Shown piece after piece: positions 21,572 to 31,396 of a stretch of DNA of 64,000 bases. Where the stretch lies: positions 15,944 through 79,943 of the forward strand of contig JAPLXP010000014.1 in the NCBI GenBank assembly GCA_026396015.1, read 5' to 3'. A program made the translations under genes and the position numbers. The DNA comes from Candidatus Nomurabacteria bacterium (GTDB taxonomy: Bacteria; Patescibacteriota; Minisyncoccia; Phycocordibacterales; UBA9973). Under the pieces are notes generated by a model. It saw only the letters and a program-made list of their open reading frames with translations. It did not search any database and was not told the DNA's origin. The number at the start of each line of letters is the position of its first letter. The first letter of the stretch is position 1.

Positions 21572-22183
21572 TTATCTACAAGTAACTGGATTATTTATAT
21601 CTAACACACTAGTAATAGGATCAAATACAGAAGTTGTATAACCACCACCTCCATAATTAGTACTCCAAGTTAAACTAGAGTACTTCACATTACCACTTGA
21701 ATCAACACACATAGTTGGTAATCCCGATTTTAAACCCTCAAAAGCAATCGCATATGATTGACCATCCTGGGATATACCACACCAAAATATATTTTCATTG
21801 GAAGCTTTATTTGTTCTCAACATGGCACTACCAACAACAAGACCTATTTGATAACTTGTAGTACCTGGACCATTACTACCATCTTGCCTAGAAAATGGCA
21901 TATTACAGTCCCCAGCGCCACCAGGAAAATTAACCCCGTACCCAGGGGCAGCAGGATTTTTATATGTACTTATTGAATTACCAGCACTAGTATATGTACC
22001 ATACCTACCATTTTGCTGATAGTACATTTCCAGGCCCTTTTTTACCTCATCTGCAGCTGATTTTACATAAGCGACATCTGCCTTATTCTTTGTATTTTGT
22101 AAACTTACCATCACTACAGAAGCAAGAATACCAATGATGGCAATGACAACCAGTAATTCCAATAATGTAAAACCTTTTTTCAT
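21572..22183 (-). CDS. type IV pilin / pseudopilin
   Basis: Prepilin leader plus N-methylation motif KKGFTLLELLVVIAIIGILA, followed by a Gly/Ser/Thr/Tyr-rich globular part. The start was moved to the internal Met. Confidence 0.8.
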   Translation of the reverse strand: MKKGFTLLELLVVIAIIGILASVVMVSLQNTKNKADVAYVKSAADEVKKGLEMYYQQNGRYGTYTSAGNSISTYKNPAAPGYGVNFPGGAGDCNMPFSRQDGSNGPGTTSYQIGLVVGSAMLRTNKASNENIFWCGISQDGQSYAIAFEGLKSGLPTMCVDSSGNVKYSSLTWSTNYGGGGYTTSVFDPITSVLDINNPVTCR

Positions 22184-22236
22184 AATTAATATTATAGCAC
22201 AAAAAATCACCTCAAGAAGGTGATTTTTTGTATTTA

Positions 22237-24330
22237 TTAGTAATCCAGATTTGCCATCTTGGCATGAGATTGGATAAAAGCTTTGCGTGGTGGAACCTCA
22301 GATCCCATCAACATATCAAATACTTTATTTGCATCTTCAGCATCATCTACTTTTACTTGCTTTAGAATTCTACGTGCCGGATCCATGGTAGTCTCCCATA
22401 GCTCTTCAGCATTCATTTCTCCGAGACCCTTGTATCGTTGTACATGAATCTTTGTAGATTTTTTCTTTGTGTCTTCCTCCTCTTCTTCGACATCTGTCTC
22501 GACGACTTGTTCATTCTCAGATTCTTTTAGAAGCTCTTCGAGATTCACAGCATCCTTACCGAGGATTTTATCTCTCTCTTCATCACTGTATGCGTAGAAT
22601 ATCTCCTTACCTTTTTTAATCTTGAATAGTGGTGGCTGAGCGATATAGATATATCCAGCATCGATGATTGGTCGGAAGTATCTGTACATCAATGTCAGGA
22701 TCAGTGTACGGATGTGTGCTCCGTCCACGTCGGCATCGGTAGCGATGATGATCTTGTGGTAACGCATCTTTTCTAGATCAAATGTATCTCCGATAGATGT
22801 ACCCATGGCGATGACCAGATTCTTGATCTGCTCTGATCCGAGCATACGATCCAATCTTGCACGCTCGACATTGAGAATCTTTCCGCGGAGTGGCAATATA
22901 GCCTGAGTCTTACGATCACGTCCCATCTTTGCAGTACCACCAGCAGAGTCTCCCTCCACTATGAATAGTTCTGCACTAGATGAATCCTTGACCTGACAGT
23001 CAGCGAGCTTTCCAGGGAGAGTCATACCTTCGAGTGCTCCTTTACGCAATACTGAATCCTTTGCGGCCTTTGCGGCCTTGCGAGCGCGGAGTGCGAGCAA
23101 TCCTTTGTTAATGATAGACTTTGCTTCATCAGGATTCTCTTCGAGGAACATTGTGAATGCATCACCAAATACTGTAGCTGTAGCACCTTGAGCTTCAGTA
23201 CTACCTAGCTTGGCTTTGGTCTGACCTTCAAATTGAATTTCGCGAAGTTTTACAGAGACCACAGCCATCAACCCCTCGAGTACGTCATCACCAGTGAATC
23301 CACCATCAGCCTCTTTGATCAGATTATTTTTCTTACCATAAGTATTCAATATCCGAGTCAGTGCTGTCTTGAATCCTGTGATGTGTGTACCACCTTCTGG
23401 GTTGTAGATATTGTTTGCAAATGGAACTATGTGTGAAGAGAAGTCATCGATATATTGAAGTGCGACTTCGACTCCGACATCGTCTACCTCCTTCTCTACA
23501 TAGAATACAGTAGAATGAATTGGCTTTTGGAGTTTGTTGTAAAATTTTACGAGTGATACGAGTCCTCCTTCAAAATAGAATGAAGTAGAAGGAACCTCTA
23601 ATTCAAGTTCAGAGAACCAGATAACATCATTGTAGTCAGTATTTTTCTTTGTAAGAATTGCCTCACCCATATCTCGAGCATCTATGATATGTATACGTAG
23701 GCCCTTTACTAGATACGCTTGCTGACGAAGATGAGAGACGATAGTATTCCAATCAAATTTAACTTCTTTAAAAATTTCTACGTCTGGCTCGAAAGTAATG
23801 ATTGTACCGTTTGATTTTGAATTGCCCACTTTTTTAACAGCGGCTTTCTTTTTACCTTGAGAGTATTCCTGTACATACTGACCACCATCACGGTGCACAC
23901 AAGCACGAGTATAGATAGACAGCGCATTCACCACAGAAGCACCCACTCCGTGTAGACCTCCAGATACTTTATATCCACTACCTTCACCTCCGAATTTACC
24001 TCCAGCATGGAGAGTTGTCATGACAGTCTCGAGAGCTGAGACTTTTGTCTTGGAGTGAATATCAACTGGGATACCACGACCATTGTCGGCGACGCGGACA
24101 CGATTGCCAGGCAAGAGAACTACTTCAATACGATCAGCATATCCACCCATGGCTTCATCACGAGAGTTGTCGAATATTTCCCATACGAGATGATGCAAAC
24201 CATCAATACCAGTAGAACCGATATACATACCCGGGCGACGACGTACTGGCTCAAGGCCCTCTAGAACCGAGATTTCATCTGCACCGTATGCACCTTCTTT
24301 TTTTGCTTTTTTAGTTTCGTCTTTTGCCAT
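22237..24330 (-). CDS. gyrB: DNA gyrase/topoisomerase IV subunit B (type IIA topoisomerase ATPase subunit)
   Basis: GHKL ATPase GLHHLVWEIFDNSRDEA, transducer and TOPRIM (EGDSAGG, PLRGKILNV) motifs. No gyrA is adjacent. Confidence 0.9.
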   Translation of the reverse strand: MAKDETKKAKKEGAYGADEISVLEGLEPVRRRPGMYIGSTGIDGLHHLVWEIFDNSRDEAMGGYADRIEVVLLPGNRVRVADNGRGIPVDIHSKTKVSALETVMTTLHAGGKFGGEGSGYKVSGGLHGVGASVVNALSIYTRACVHRDGGQYVQEYSQGKKKAAVKKVGNSKSNGTIITFEPDVEIFKEVKFDWNTIVSHLRQQAYLVKGLRIHIIDARDMGEAILTKKNTDYNDVIWFSELELEVPSTSFYFEGGLVSLVKFYNKLQKPIHSTVFYVEKEVDDVGVEVALQYIDDFSSHIVPFANNIYNPEGGTHITGFKTALTRILNTYGKKNNLIKEADGGFTGDDVLEGLMAVVSVKLREIQFEGQTKAKLGSTEAQGATATVFGDAFTMFLEENPDEAKSIINKGLLALRARKAAKAAKDSVLRKGALEGMTLPGKLADCQVKDSSSAELFIVEGDSAGGTAKMGRDRKTQAILPLRGKILNVERARLDRMLGSEQIKNLVIAMGTSIGDTFDLEKMRYHKIIIATDADVDGAHIRTLILTLMYRYFRPIIDAGYIYIAQPPLFKIKKGKEIFYAYSDEERDKILGKDAVNLEELLKESENEQVVETDVEEEEEDTKKKSTKIHVQRYKGLGEMNAEELWETTMDPARRILKQVKVDDAEDANKVFDMLMGSEVPPRKAFIQSHAKMANLDY

Positions 24331-24400
24331 TTTTATAAAGTTAAAAAATAAAGAAAATATCTCTTAAATCAAAGATATTTATGTATATATTATAACAAAA

Positions 24401-24432
24401 AAACACTAATTACACTAGTGTTTTTTTATCTA
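24401..24432. terminator. A/T-flanked hairpin terminator
   Basis: aaaaaacactaattacactagtgttttttt, located between RAYT-A and gyrB. Confidence 0.55.
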
Positions 24433-24523
24433 TTTTACCCTTTAAAATAAGGATATTTTCATTTTTATATATAAAAATAAGATAAACTCATACAGCCCTT
24501 CCAAACCAAAACCATACACAATA

Positions 24524-24557
24524 AAAATCTGCCTAGGTCCGACCTAGGCAGATTTTT
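24524..24557. repeat. REP-A palindrome copy 1 (aaaatctgcctaggtccgacctaggcagatttt)
   Basis: 14-bp perfect stem with tccga loop, overlapping the RAYT-A stop. Identical copy at 25257..25290. Variants at 24943..24967 and 39466..39490. Confidence 0.85.
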
Positions 24558-25233
24558 AAATACTGTAATTTTCAAAAAAATCAAACAATTCCCTCGTGTG
24601 ATTTACACGAATATGATCTGGTAATATTTGCCTATCTATTATTTTAGAATACTTTCTGCTGTCCACAAAGTAATCAAAGAAACTAGAGTACTTATATTTT
24701 TTCAAATAATCTATTGTTTTATTTTTATCGTTAATACCATTTATTTTCCAATCTTTTTGGATCAATTTTACAGGGTTCAAGTGAACATAAGAAAAAAGAT
24801 AGTTAAAATAATTCTCTTCACCCACATGATTAGATTTAAATTTTCCCTCAAATAAAGAGCCTGTGCGTCCATATTTTTTATTAAAATACATTGAGTACGA
24901 AGTAGAAACTTTACGAATAAATTCAGTTATAGGATTAAACTTTTCGCCTAGGTCCGACCTAGGCGAAATAAGAATAATATGAAAATGATTTGGCATAAGG
25001 ACCCAAGCTAAAACATTTACCAAAGTTTCCCCTCTTTCAAAATCAAATGAATCAATATTATTTCTAACAATTGAATTTCTAAAATTAAATTTCAGCTCTG
25101 AATTTGCAATATAGAGGAGCTTAGTAAAACGTTCATAATCTTCATCATCTAAAAATATCTGACTCTTTCCATTGCCACGATTGTAGATATGATAAAATTC
25201 GTTTTGCACTAAATTTGTTTTTCGCAATGACAT
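24556..25233 (-). CDS. REP-associated tyrosine transposase (RAYT, IS200/IS605 Y1 HUH family), copy A
   Basis: YHIYNRGN N-terminal motif, HUH motif LMPNHFHIIL, catalytic Tyr region YLFSYVHLNP. Bracketed on both sides by identical REP-A palindromes. Confidence 0.8.
   Translation of the reverse strand: MSLRKTNLVQNEFYHIYNRGNGKSQIFLDDEDYERFTKLLYIANSELKFNFRNSIVRNNIDSFDFERGETLVNVLAWVLMPNHFHIILISPRSDLGEKFNPITEFIRKVSTSYSMYFNKKYGRTGSLFEGKFKSNHVGEENYFNYLFSYVHLNPVKLIQKDWKINGINDKNKTIDYLKKYKYSSFFDYFVDSRKYSKIIDRQILPDHIRVNHTRELFDFFENYSI
24943..24967. repeat. REP-A copy embedded in-frame in the RAYT-A coding sequence
   Basis: ttcgcctaggtccgacctaggcgaa encodes SPRSDLGE just after the HUH motif. Confidence 0.8.
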
Positions 25234-25256
25234 ATTTATATTGTATCAAACAAATA

Positions 25257-25290
25257 AAATCTGCCTAGGTCCGACCTAGGCAGATTTTTT
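25257..25290. repeat. REP-A palindrome copy 2
   Basis: Same 33-mer as 24524..24557. It sits between the RAYT-A start and the stop of the 862-aa surface protein gene. Confidence 0.85.
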
Positions 25291-27877
25291 ATTGTTGTGG
25301 AGTAATTTCTGGGGATGGTGTTTGCGCAGGTGCTGGATTTACAATCACTCCCCCCGCAGGAGCTGGGTTTTCATCCACTACAAGAGGCGCCACAGGCTCT
25401 GGACTCACCACAACTGGAGCAGGAGCATTCACCACTACGCACTCCCCTGGTACTGTCTGCATCGCACCACTCACGACTTTCACACAGAATGGATCACCTG
25501 TCTCCTCATCGTAGATTGTAATACCTGTACGCTTTGCAGGACTACCTATGTGCAAAGTCTGCACAGTCAAATCTTTGATTGATGCCATAGTGCCTGACAC
25601 TTGAGTCACAACTCCACCAAAGAAATCAGACATCAGATTAGATACACCATGACTTCCAAGATTTGAATTCTCGAGAGCCTTCACACGCAAATCCATTGCA
25701 ACTATTTTTGAATTCTCTTCTTTTACAGATGCCATCAGTATTCCGTTTACAGATACTTGATCAATCATATTACCCACCATGAATGCAGGATTTACTTCAT
25801 CTGCGATATATCCAATACGAGTCTTTGCTAGCGGTGAATCTGATCCGTATCCATTTACTTCACGAATATATCTGAATGTATGCAATGGTGCATCTAGAAC
25901 CATTTGCAATGAGGCACTGTAGTCTGTGTAATCTGCTATATCTTGCTTTGTATCACGAGTAGATGTCTGTGCTCCTACCACGGTACCGGCTGTGTCGTTT
26001 GCATTACTTGGTGATGCTGTATTGATGCGAATGTTTCCTGCTGCATCTTGCCATACGTATCCAGCTGTACCAGCTTTACTTTGGAAGTTTATAGATCCAG
26101 CGCCAGTATTTGTAGCATTTGTATTGCGCCCTAGAGTAAACACTGGACCAGCCAAACCAGCACCTAGATCCGAAGAACCTATGTTTAAGGATCCAGTATT
26201 CGTCACATTAAACTTACTCACATAACTTCCACCTCCAGTACCAGCATCAATCAGATATTGAGCACCAGAACCCAAAGTTGTTTCCGTGCGATTGATCCAT
26301 AAATCTGTCGCTGCTGCTGTACCTGTCTGACTGAGATTTGGAGTTATTTTAAGAGTAGAATTATTACCTGAAGATTGTGTCTGGGAACCAGTACCAAGTG
26401 TCACATATGCAGCAGTGGTAGAAATAGATTGATTACCAAATGTCATTCCCAAATTGCTTGCTGCTCTAAATATAGTAGAAGTCATTCCATTTGGGGCATA
26501 CGCAGAACTAGATGTCACAAAAAATTGACTTGATCCATTTATTTGTAAATCGATAAGAGAGCCCGTATAACCCGTAGCTTCATTTACAGCTAAAGATGTT
26601 CCGCCTGCTTGACCTATAAATTTACCAGCGGTTGACCCATCGAATGCATTTCCTCCGATAGATAATGTGCCGTAAGCTGTAACTGCAGTAGGTGCTACTC
26701 CGATGGTCAATTTACTTGCTGGGGTGATTGTGCCGATACCCAACCTATGATTTGTAGAATCCCAATAGAATTGACCTCCAGCTGTAGTATCTTGGGAAAG
26801 CACCCCAGATGTACCAGCAAATAATATTGATCCGATAGTTGGAGTAAAAAATGTTGGAGCACCCGATCCACCAGACACTACAGCCTGACCACTAGTTCCA
26901 GTAGATGTATATGCATGTGCTGTACCTGTACCATATCCGATACCACCAGCTGTCGGAGTAGCAGATGAATTTGTACCTCCTTGAGCTATAGTCACAAGTG
27001 CATTATCTGTGAGGATAGTAGCAGAGATATTTGGAAGAGTGAAAGTCTTTGTCGAAGTAGTAGGACCTGAGAATGAAGTGAACGCATTACCTGTACCACC
27101 ATTTGTAGAACCTAAGGTTCCAGTCACAGTAGATGTACCGAGGGCAACTGTAAATCCAGTACCAGTAGAACCACTAGTGAGTGTGCCCACTGTAGCGATA
27201 TCTGTACCTACGAGCTTTGAAGCTGCGATACTACCAGCTAGGTCAGCATTCAAAACTGCACCTGTAAGCGATAACTTGGAATACGCTATTGAGCCAGCGA
27301 GGTCAGAATTTAAAATTGCACCAGAGAGTGAAAGCTTTGAATATCCGATAGACCCAGCGAGCATAGCACTAGTAACTGCACCAGAATTTATTGTCCAAGA
27401 TGCACCAGATGAAGCTACTGTTATGTCACCTTTGTTGCCATCAGTAACACCAGCCCCTCCACAAGCACCCCATGCAGGTGCACCTGATGAAGCAGAAGTA
27501 AGACACAATGTAGCACCTGCATTTGGAGCTAGCACACTAAGAGCTCCAGTTCCATTACCATATATAATTCCATTTGAAGTAAATGAACCAACTCCTGTAC
27601 CACCCTGGCCGACAGTCACTGCTGCATTAGTAGTCAGCACTGTGGCATTCGCATCTGGAAAAGTAAAAGTACGAGTAACAGTAGGACCTGTCACAGCAAA
27701 AACACCATCACCAACTTCTGACCACCCATGACCTGGATTTGGAGTAGTAGCAAACACAAGCTGAACAACAGAAAAAACTACTACAGAAAATAGCAGAGTA
27801 TAAGCAACATAGTGGAATGAAAATCGTGGTCGGATGGTGTGTAAGAATTTTTTAAATAATAATTTTAAATTAAACAT
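25289..27877 (-). CDS. large Gly/Thr/Ser/Ala-rich surface (tail-fibre-like) protein with C-terminal endosialidase-chaperone (peptidase S74-like) domain
   Basis: N-terminal signal/TM segment. Long G-x-G-T repeats and LAGSIAxSKLSL repeats. LGIGTITPASKLTIG fibre-like motif. C-terminal STRDTKQDIADYTDY...LHTFRYI resembles the intramolecular chaperone auto-processing domain. Pro-rich extreme C-terminus. Confidence 0.55.
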   Translation of the reverse strand: MFNLKLLFKKFLHTIRPRFSFHYVAYTLLFSVVVFSVVQLVFATTPNPGHGWSEVGDGVFAVTGPTVTRTFTFPDANATVLTTNAAVTVGQGGTGVGSFTSNGIIYGNGTGALSVLAPNAGATLCLTSASSGAPAWGACGGAGVTDGNKGDITVASSGASWTINSGAVTSAMLAGSIGYSKLSLSGAILNSDLAGSIAYSKLSLTGAVLNADLAGSIAASKLVGTDIATVGTLTSGSTGTGFTVALGTSTVTGTLGSTNGGTGNAFTSFSGPTTSTKTFTLPNISATILTDNALVTIAQGGTNSSATPTAGGIGYGTGTAHAYTSTGTSGQAVVSGGSGAPTFFTPTIGSILFAGTSGVLSQDTTAGGQFYWDSTNHRLGIGTITPASKLTIGVAPTAVTAYGTLSIGGNAFDGSTAGKFIGQAGGTSLAVNEATGYTGSLIDLQINGSSQFFVTSSSAYAPNGMTSTIFRAASNLGMTFGNQSISTTAAYVTLGTGSQTQSSGNNSTLKITPNLSQTGTAAATDLWINRTETTLGSGAQYLIDAGTGGGSYVSKFNVTNTGSLNIGSSDLGAGLAGPVFTLGRNTNATNTGAGSINFQSKAGTAGYVWQDAAGNIRINTASPSNANDTAGTVVGAQTSTRDTKQDIADYTDYSASLQMVLDAPLHTFRYIREVNGYGSDSPLAKTRIGYIADEVNPAFMVGNMIDQVSVNGILMASVKEENSKIVAMDLRVKALENSNLGSHGVSNLMSDFFGGVVTQVSGTMASIKDLTVQTLHIGSPAKRTGITIYDEETGDPFCVKVVSGAMQTVPGECVVVNAPAPVVVSPEPVAPLVVDENPAPAGGVIVNPAPAQTPSPEITPQQ

Positions 27878-27985
27878 AAATTACATTTATATTATATCAC
27901 GATAATATAAAAAAAGTACCACAAAATGATACTTTTTTTGAGAATAATGTGGATAACTTTTTTTATTTTATTTTTTTAAAAAATT

Positions 27986-29863
27986 TTATCGAATTATGTA
28001 GCCCAATCTAGAAATTTTTTCTGAAATATTGCCCATTATTTGATTTATCTCATCATCAGTGAGAGTTTTTTCATAAGATTGAAAAACTAATCGATATGCG
28101 TAAGAAATTTTTCCAACCTCGCCCGGTACATCTGAGGGTTTTACGAATTTATCTACTAGCTGTGGTTCACGAACGAGCAATTCTGTTCCAAATTCTTTGT
28201 AAATGTTTTTCAATTCATCTGATTCCACATTTTCAGGTACCCACACTGAAATATCGCGAGTCATAAATGGAAATGTTGACCATGACTTGAATAGAATTGA
28301 AGCGGAGTCAGAAGTGCTTTCAAAAATAGTCTGGCCGAGCTCCCCTTTTTCTCCTGCGAGGAGATCCGAGGACTTTTTTGAAAGTACTTCTGATGTAGCT
28401 ATAGTATAAATAAATTCATTTAAACTCGTCTCTTTTACTTCTTTTTTATTCGCAAAACATACATGAATTTCTTCTTTATCTCCAGAGAAAACTGTACCTA
28501 TTTCAAAAATTTTAACTTCATTTAGACCCAAGAATGGAGCATTTAATTTATTCAGATTAAAACTCTCTTTTAGGCCATCAATCAAATTCTTTCTCAAAAA
28601 ATTTTTATCAGAAGCAGAGGCTAATACTTCTATATCCCCTTTATTTGTAAAGCCATATGTCATCACCTCGCGATATCCATCACGAAGTAGAATTTCTTTT
28701 GCTTTCAAAATATTTTCATATACATCGTTCACTTTTGAGACAAAAGAAAGCTTTGGAATTGTCGGGATGACCTTGTCGTAACCTATCACACGTCCAATCT
28801 CTTCAGCCATGTCATTCATCGTCACGAGATCGCGACGAGCTAGTGGTATTGTGACAGTCCATTCCCCTTTTTCAAAGTCATTTGCATAACCAAAACTATA
28901 ATCATTCATAAATTTTTCAATCTGCTGATTTGAAATTTCCAAACCTAACATTTTTGAAATATATTCTGTCGTGAATTTCAGAGTTTTTTGAATTTCAGGA
29001 TTTGGGTATACATCTACGATGTCCTCAAATACTGCCTCCGGGAACATTTCAGATATTAATGCAGACAATTCCTTCATAGCAAAAGGGCAAGTCGAAGCTG
29101 AAAGATTATTCTCAAATCTTTTTGCTGAATCAGTCAGGATTCCTAGTCTGCGCGCAGTCTTGCGGACTGTAGCAGCATCAAAACTCGCAACTTCAAGTAA
29201 TATATCTGCAGTAGAGTCAGAAACTCCTGAATCAAATCCACCTTTGACTCCAGCGAGAGCTAAAGTTTTTTCTCCGTCAGTGATGACTAGATCATTTGAT
29301 TTTAATTTTGCGATGGTACCCTCTCTGCCTACCAATTTTAATTCTTCTCCTTCAATTGCATTGCGAACTACAATAGTTTCATTCGCAAATTTACTCAAAT
29401 CAAATGAATGAGTGGGATTTCCACAATTGTACATTACTAAATTTGTCGCATCTACAATATTATTTATCGAGCGTTGACCTATTGATTCTAGATGAGTGAC
29501 TACCCATTCTGGAGATGGACCAATCTTGATTCCACGTACAATACGCCCCATATAGCGATTACATCTATCTGTATCTAATGTAATTTTTAGATTTGTAGGT
29601 TTTGGTTCTGGTATCTTGTATACACGATCAGGGTCATTGAAATTCAGGCCCAGCTGTCCTGCGAGTTCGCGAGCCATACCACTATGTGATAGTAGATCTG
29701 GGGCACGATTCGGCAAGATATTCACGTCAAAAATAGTATCACCATTTGGTAATTTTTCTACACCATCCACCTCGGTCAGGTGGTATGTCAAAATATCAGC
29801 TATTTTATCAGCCTCGGGAATTTCTGGTATATACCATTTGAGCCAGTTGTAAGATATTTTCAT
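27986..29863 (-). CDS. pheT: phenylalanyl-tRNA synthetase beta subunit (reduced, 625 aa)
   Basis: MKISYNWLKWYIPE N-terminus, B3/B4 and B5 regions, C-terminal ferredoxin-fold anticodon-binding domain. Confidence 0.9.
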   Translation of the reverse strand: MKISYNWLKWYIPEIPEADKIADILTYHLTEVDGVEKLPNGDTIFDVNILPNRAPDLLSHSGMARELAGQLGLNFNDPDRVYKIPEPKPTNLKITLDTDRCNRYMGRIVRGIKIGPSPEWVVTHLESIGQRSINNIVDATNLVMYNCGNPTHSFDLSKFANETIVVRNAIEGEELKLVGREGTIAKLKSNDLVITDGEKTLALAGVKGGFDSGVSDSTADILLEVASFDAATVRKTARRLGILTDSAKRFENNLSASTCPFAMKELSALISEMFPEAVFEDIVDVYPNPEIQKTLKFTTEYISKMLGLEISNQQIEKFMNDYSFGYANDFEKGEWTVTIPLARRDLVTMNDMAEEIGRVIGYDKVIPTIPKLSFVSKVNDVYENILKAKEILLRDGYREVMTYGFTNKGDIEVLASASDKNFLRKNLIDGLKESFNLNKLNAPFLGLNEVKIFEIGTVFSGDKEEIHVCFANKKEVKETSLNEFIYTIATSEVLSKKSSDLLAGEKGELGQTIFESTSDSASILFKSWSTFPFMTRDISVWVPENVESDELKNIYKEFGTELLVREPQLVDKFVKPSDVPGEVGKISYAYRLVFQSYEKTLTDDEINQIMGNISEKISRLGYIIR

Positions 29864-29868
29864 ATATT

Positions 29869-30573
29869 TTAAAATTGATTAAGTCTCAAGTCTCCCTGGT
29901 AAAGAAGTCGTACATCTGGAATATTCCATTTGATCATAGCAATACGATCGAGTCCTCCTCCAAAAGCAAAACCTTGGACCTTTTCCGGATCAAGACCTGC
30001 ATTCTTCAGTACAGTCGGATGAATCATGCCACCCCCCATCATCTCTAGCCATTTACCATTGAACTTTGCATGCACTTCTACAGAAGGCTCGGTAAAAGGA
30101 AAGAAACTAGGACGGAATTCTATCTCCACATCAGGACCTAGAACTTTTTTATAGAATTCTACGAGCACACCCTTCATATGAGAAAGATTTATATTCTGAC
30201 CTATCATGAATCCATCAATCTGGTGGAATTGCATCTCATGAGTAGCGTCAGTCGATTCATTGCGGAAAACTTTACCAACAGAAATATACGCGCCCTCTGT
30301 CATATTTTCTTTTGCCATCTTTTCTAGGTTGCGAGCAGTAGTATTTGTAGCATGAGTACGGAGAACTGCATCAGGAGAGTTTTTGATATAAAAAGTATCC
30401 TGCATATCACGAGCAGGGTGATCCTTTGGCACATTTAGTGCGTCGAAGTTGTACCAAGTAGTCTCGAGCTCTGGAGCGAGAGATACCTCGAATCCAAGGC
30501 CAGTAAATAGATCGTAGGCCTGATTCTGTAGGATAGTTAGTGGGTGAAGTGACCCCTTTTCATATTCATTCAT
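29869..30573 (-). CDS. pheS: phenylalanyl-tRNA synthetase alpha subunit (catalytic core only, 234 aa)
   Basis: Class II motifs FRPSFFPFTEPSVEV and GGGMIHP. Lacks the N-terminal coiled coil. Confidence 0.9.
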   Translation of the reverse strand: MNEYEKGSLHPLTILQNQAYDLFTGLGFEVSLAPELETTWYNFDALNVPKDHPARDMQDTFYIKNSPDAVLRTHATNTTARNLEKMAKENMTEGAYISVGKVFRNESTDATHEMQFHQIDGFMIGQNINLSHMKGVLVEFYKKVLGPDVEIEFRPSFFPFTEPSVEVHAKFNGKWLEMMGGGMIHPTVLKNAGLDPEKVQGFAFGGGLDRIAMIKWNIPDVRLLYQGDLRLNQF

Positions 30574-30591
30574 ACGTTTAAATATAGCATT

Positions 30592-31027
30592 TTACCCTAA
30601 TTTTTCCAAAAGCTCTTTCTTCAATTTATACCCATCCCCCCACTTCAGCATACCTAAATAAGAATTCACGCTCTCTTCTTTAAAATTATTCTTTTTCAAA
30701 TTCCTAAACATTCTCTTCTTTGTCGCTGTTCGTAATACTCTATTATTAGCAATAATGTACCCAGCCTAGGAAATCAAGTCCTGATGCTAGAGTTTTAATA
30801 TATACTTTTTCTGGATGTAGTTGTAGTTTTAAATTTTTATTTAAAAAATCTGAAATTACAGGTAAAAAATTCTCAAGATATAATTTATCATCAGAAAGTA
30901 TCACAAAATCATCCGCATATCTCTCGTAGTATTTTACTTTTGATTCAGCGGAATCATGTCGCTTATCTATTCTGCATGAATACGAATCGTATATAAATTT
31001 CTTGTCGAAATATGGGTGTCGTTGTCA
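30592..31027 (-). pseudogene. reverse transcriptase remnant (DGR/retron-type RT motifs 5-7 plus C-terminal tail), N-terminally truncated and frameshifted
   Basis: Minus-strand translation gives ...KVKYYERYADDFVILSDDKLYLENFLPVISDFLNKNLKLQLHPEKVYIKTLASGLDFLGW then a stop. The next frame continues (G)YIIANNRVLRTATKKRMFRNLKKNNFKEESVNSYLGMLKWGDGYKLKKELLEKLG*. The YADD box, FLG(Y) motif 7 and the SYLG..K.G..YKL tail typical of DGR RTs are present. Motifs 1-4 are absent and no frame is open upstream. Confidence 0.65.
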
Positions 31028-31236
31028 AACTTGTTCACATTGAGCTTCAAGCAACCATCGTCATCAAAGTTGACATCAGCAACAAAGAAATTATAAGATA
31101 TCCCATCTATTCCACTGCATATTAAATCATAATAATGCTGTATTTTATTTTGAACCAAGAGTTCAAAGAATATCTTACCTACAAAATATTTTTTATTGGT
31201 TTCTACTATGATCACGCTTTGAGAAGATATCTCCAC
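30967..31236 (-). other. truncated paralogous fragment of the DGR target C-terminus carrying the template repeat (TR); track ORF of 89 aa
   Basis: Encodes ...NFFVADVNFDDDGCLKLNVNKFD, the TR version of the VR peptide FFVADVRFDDDGCLKLYVDGFD. The rest is not homologous to the target. Probably not an independent functional gene. Confidence 0.5.
31017..31092 (-). repeat. DGR template repeat (TR)
   Basis: 67-nt core identical to the VR except at 7 positions, plus 2 flank positions. At every mismatch the TR coding strand has A. TR codons AAC/AAT/AAC/AAG correspond to VR CGC/TAT/GAC/GGG. Confidence 0.8.
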
Positions 31237-31396
31237 TCAAATTCTGGATAATAACAAAAACATACCTTTTATCCTAAGTTTCAGTATAAAGATTAAGTAA
31301 TAGACCGAGGATATCAAAAGAATACGAGTTTAGTATACAAAAATCCCCCAGTACACGCAAAGTGTCTGAGGGATTAAGAAATTAAGGGTCTAAATT

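Noticed and set aside
30967-31236. 89-aa ORF as an independent gene (e.g. Avd accessory protein)
   Set aside because: Homologous only over the TR segment to the DGR target C-terminus. Not basic or helical like Avd. Interpreted as TR carried in a decayed partial duplicate.
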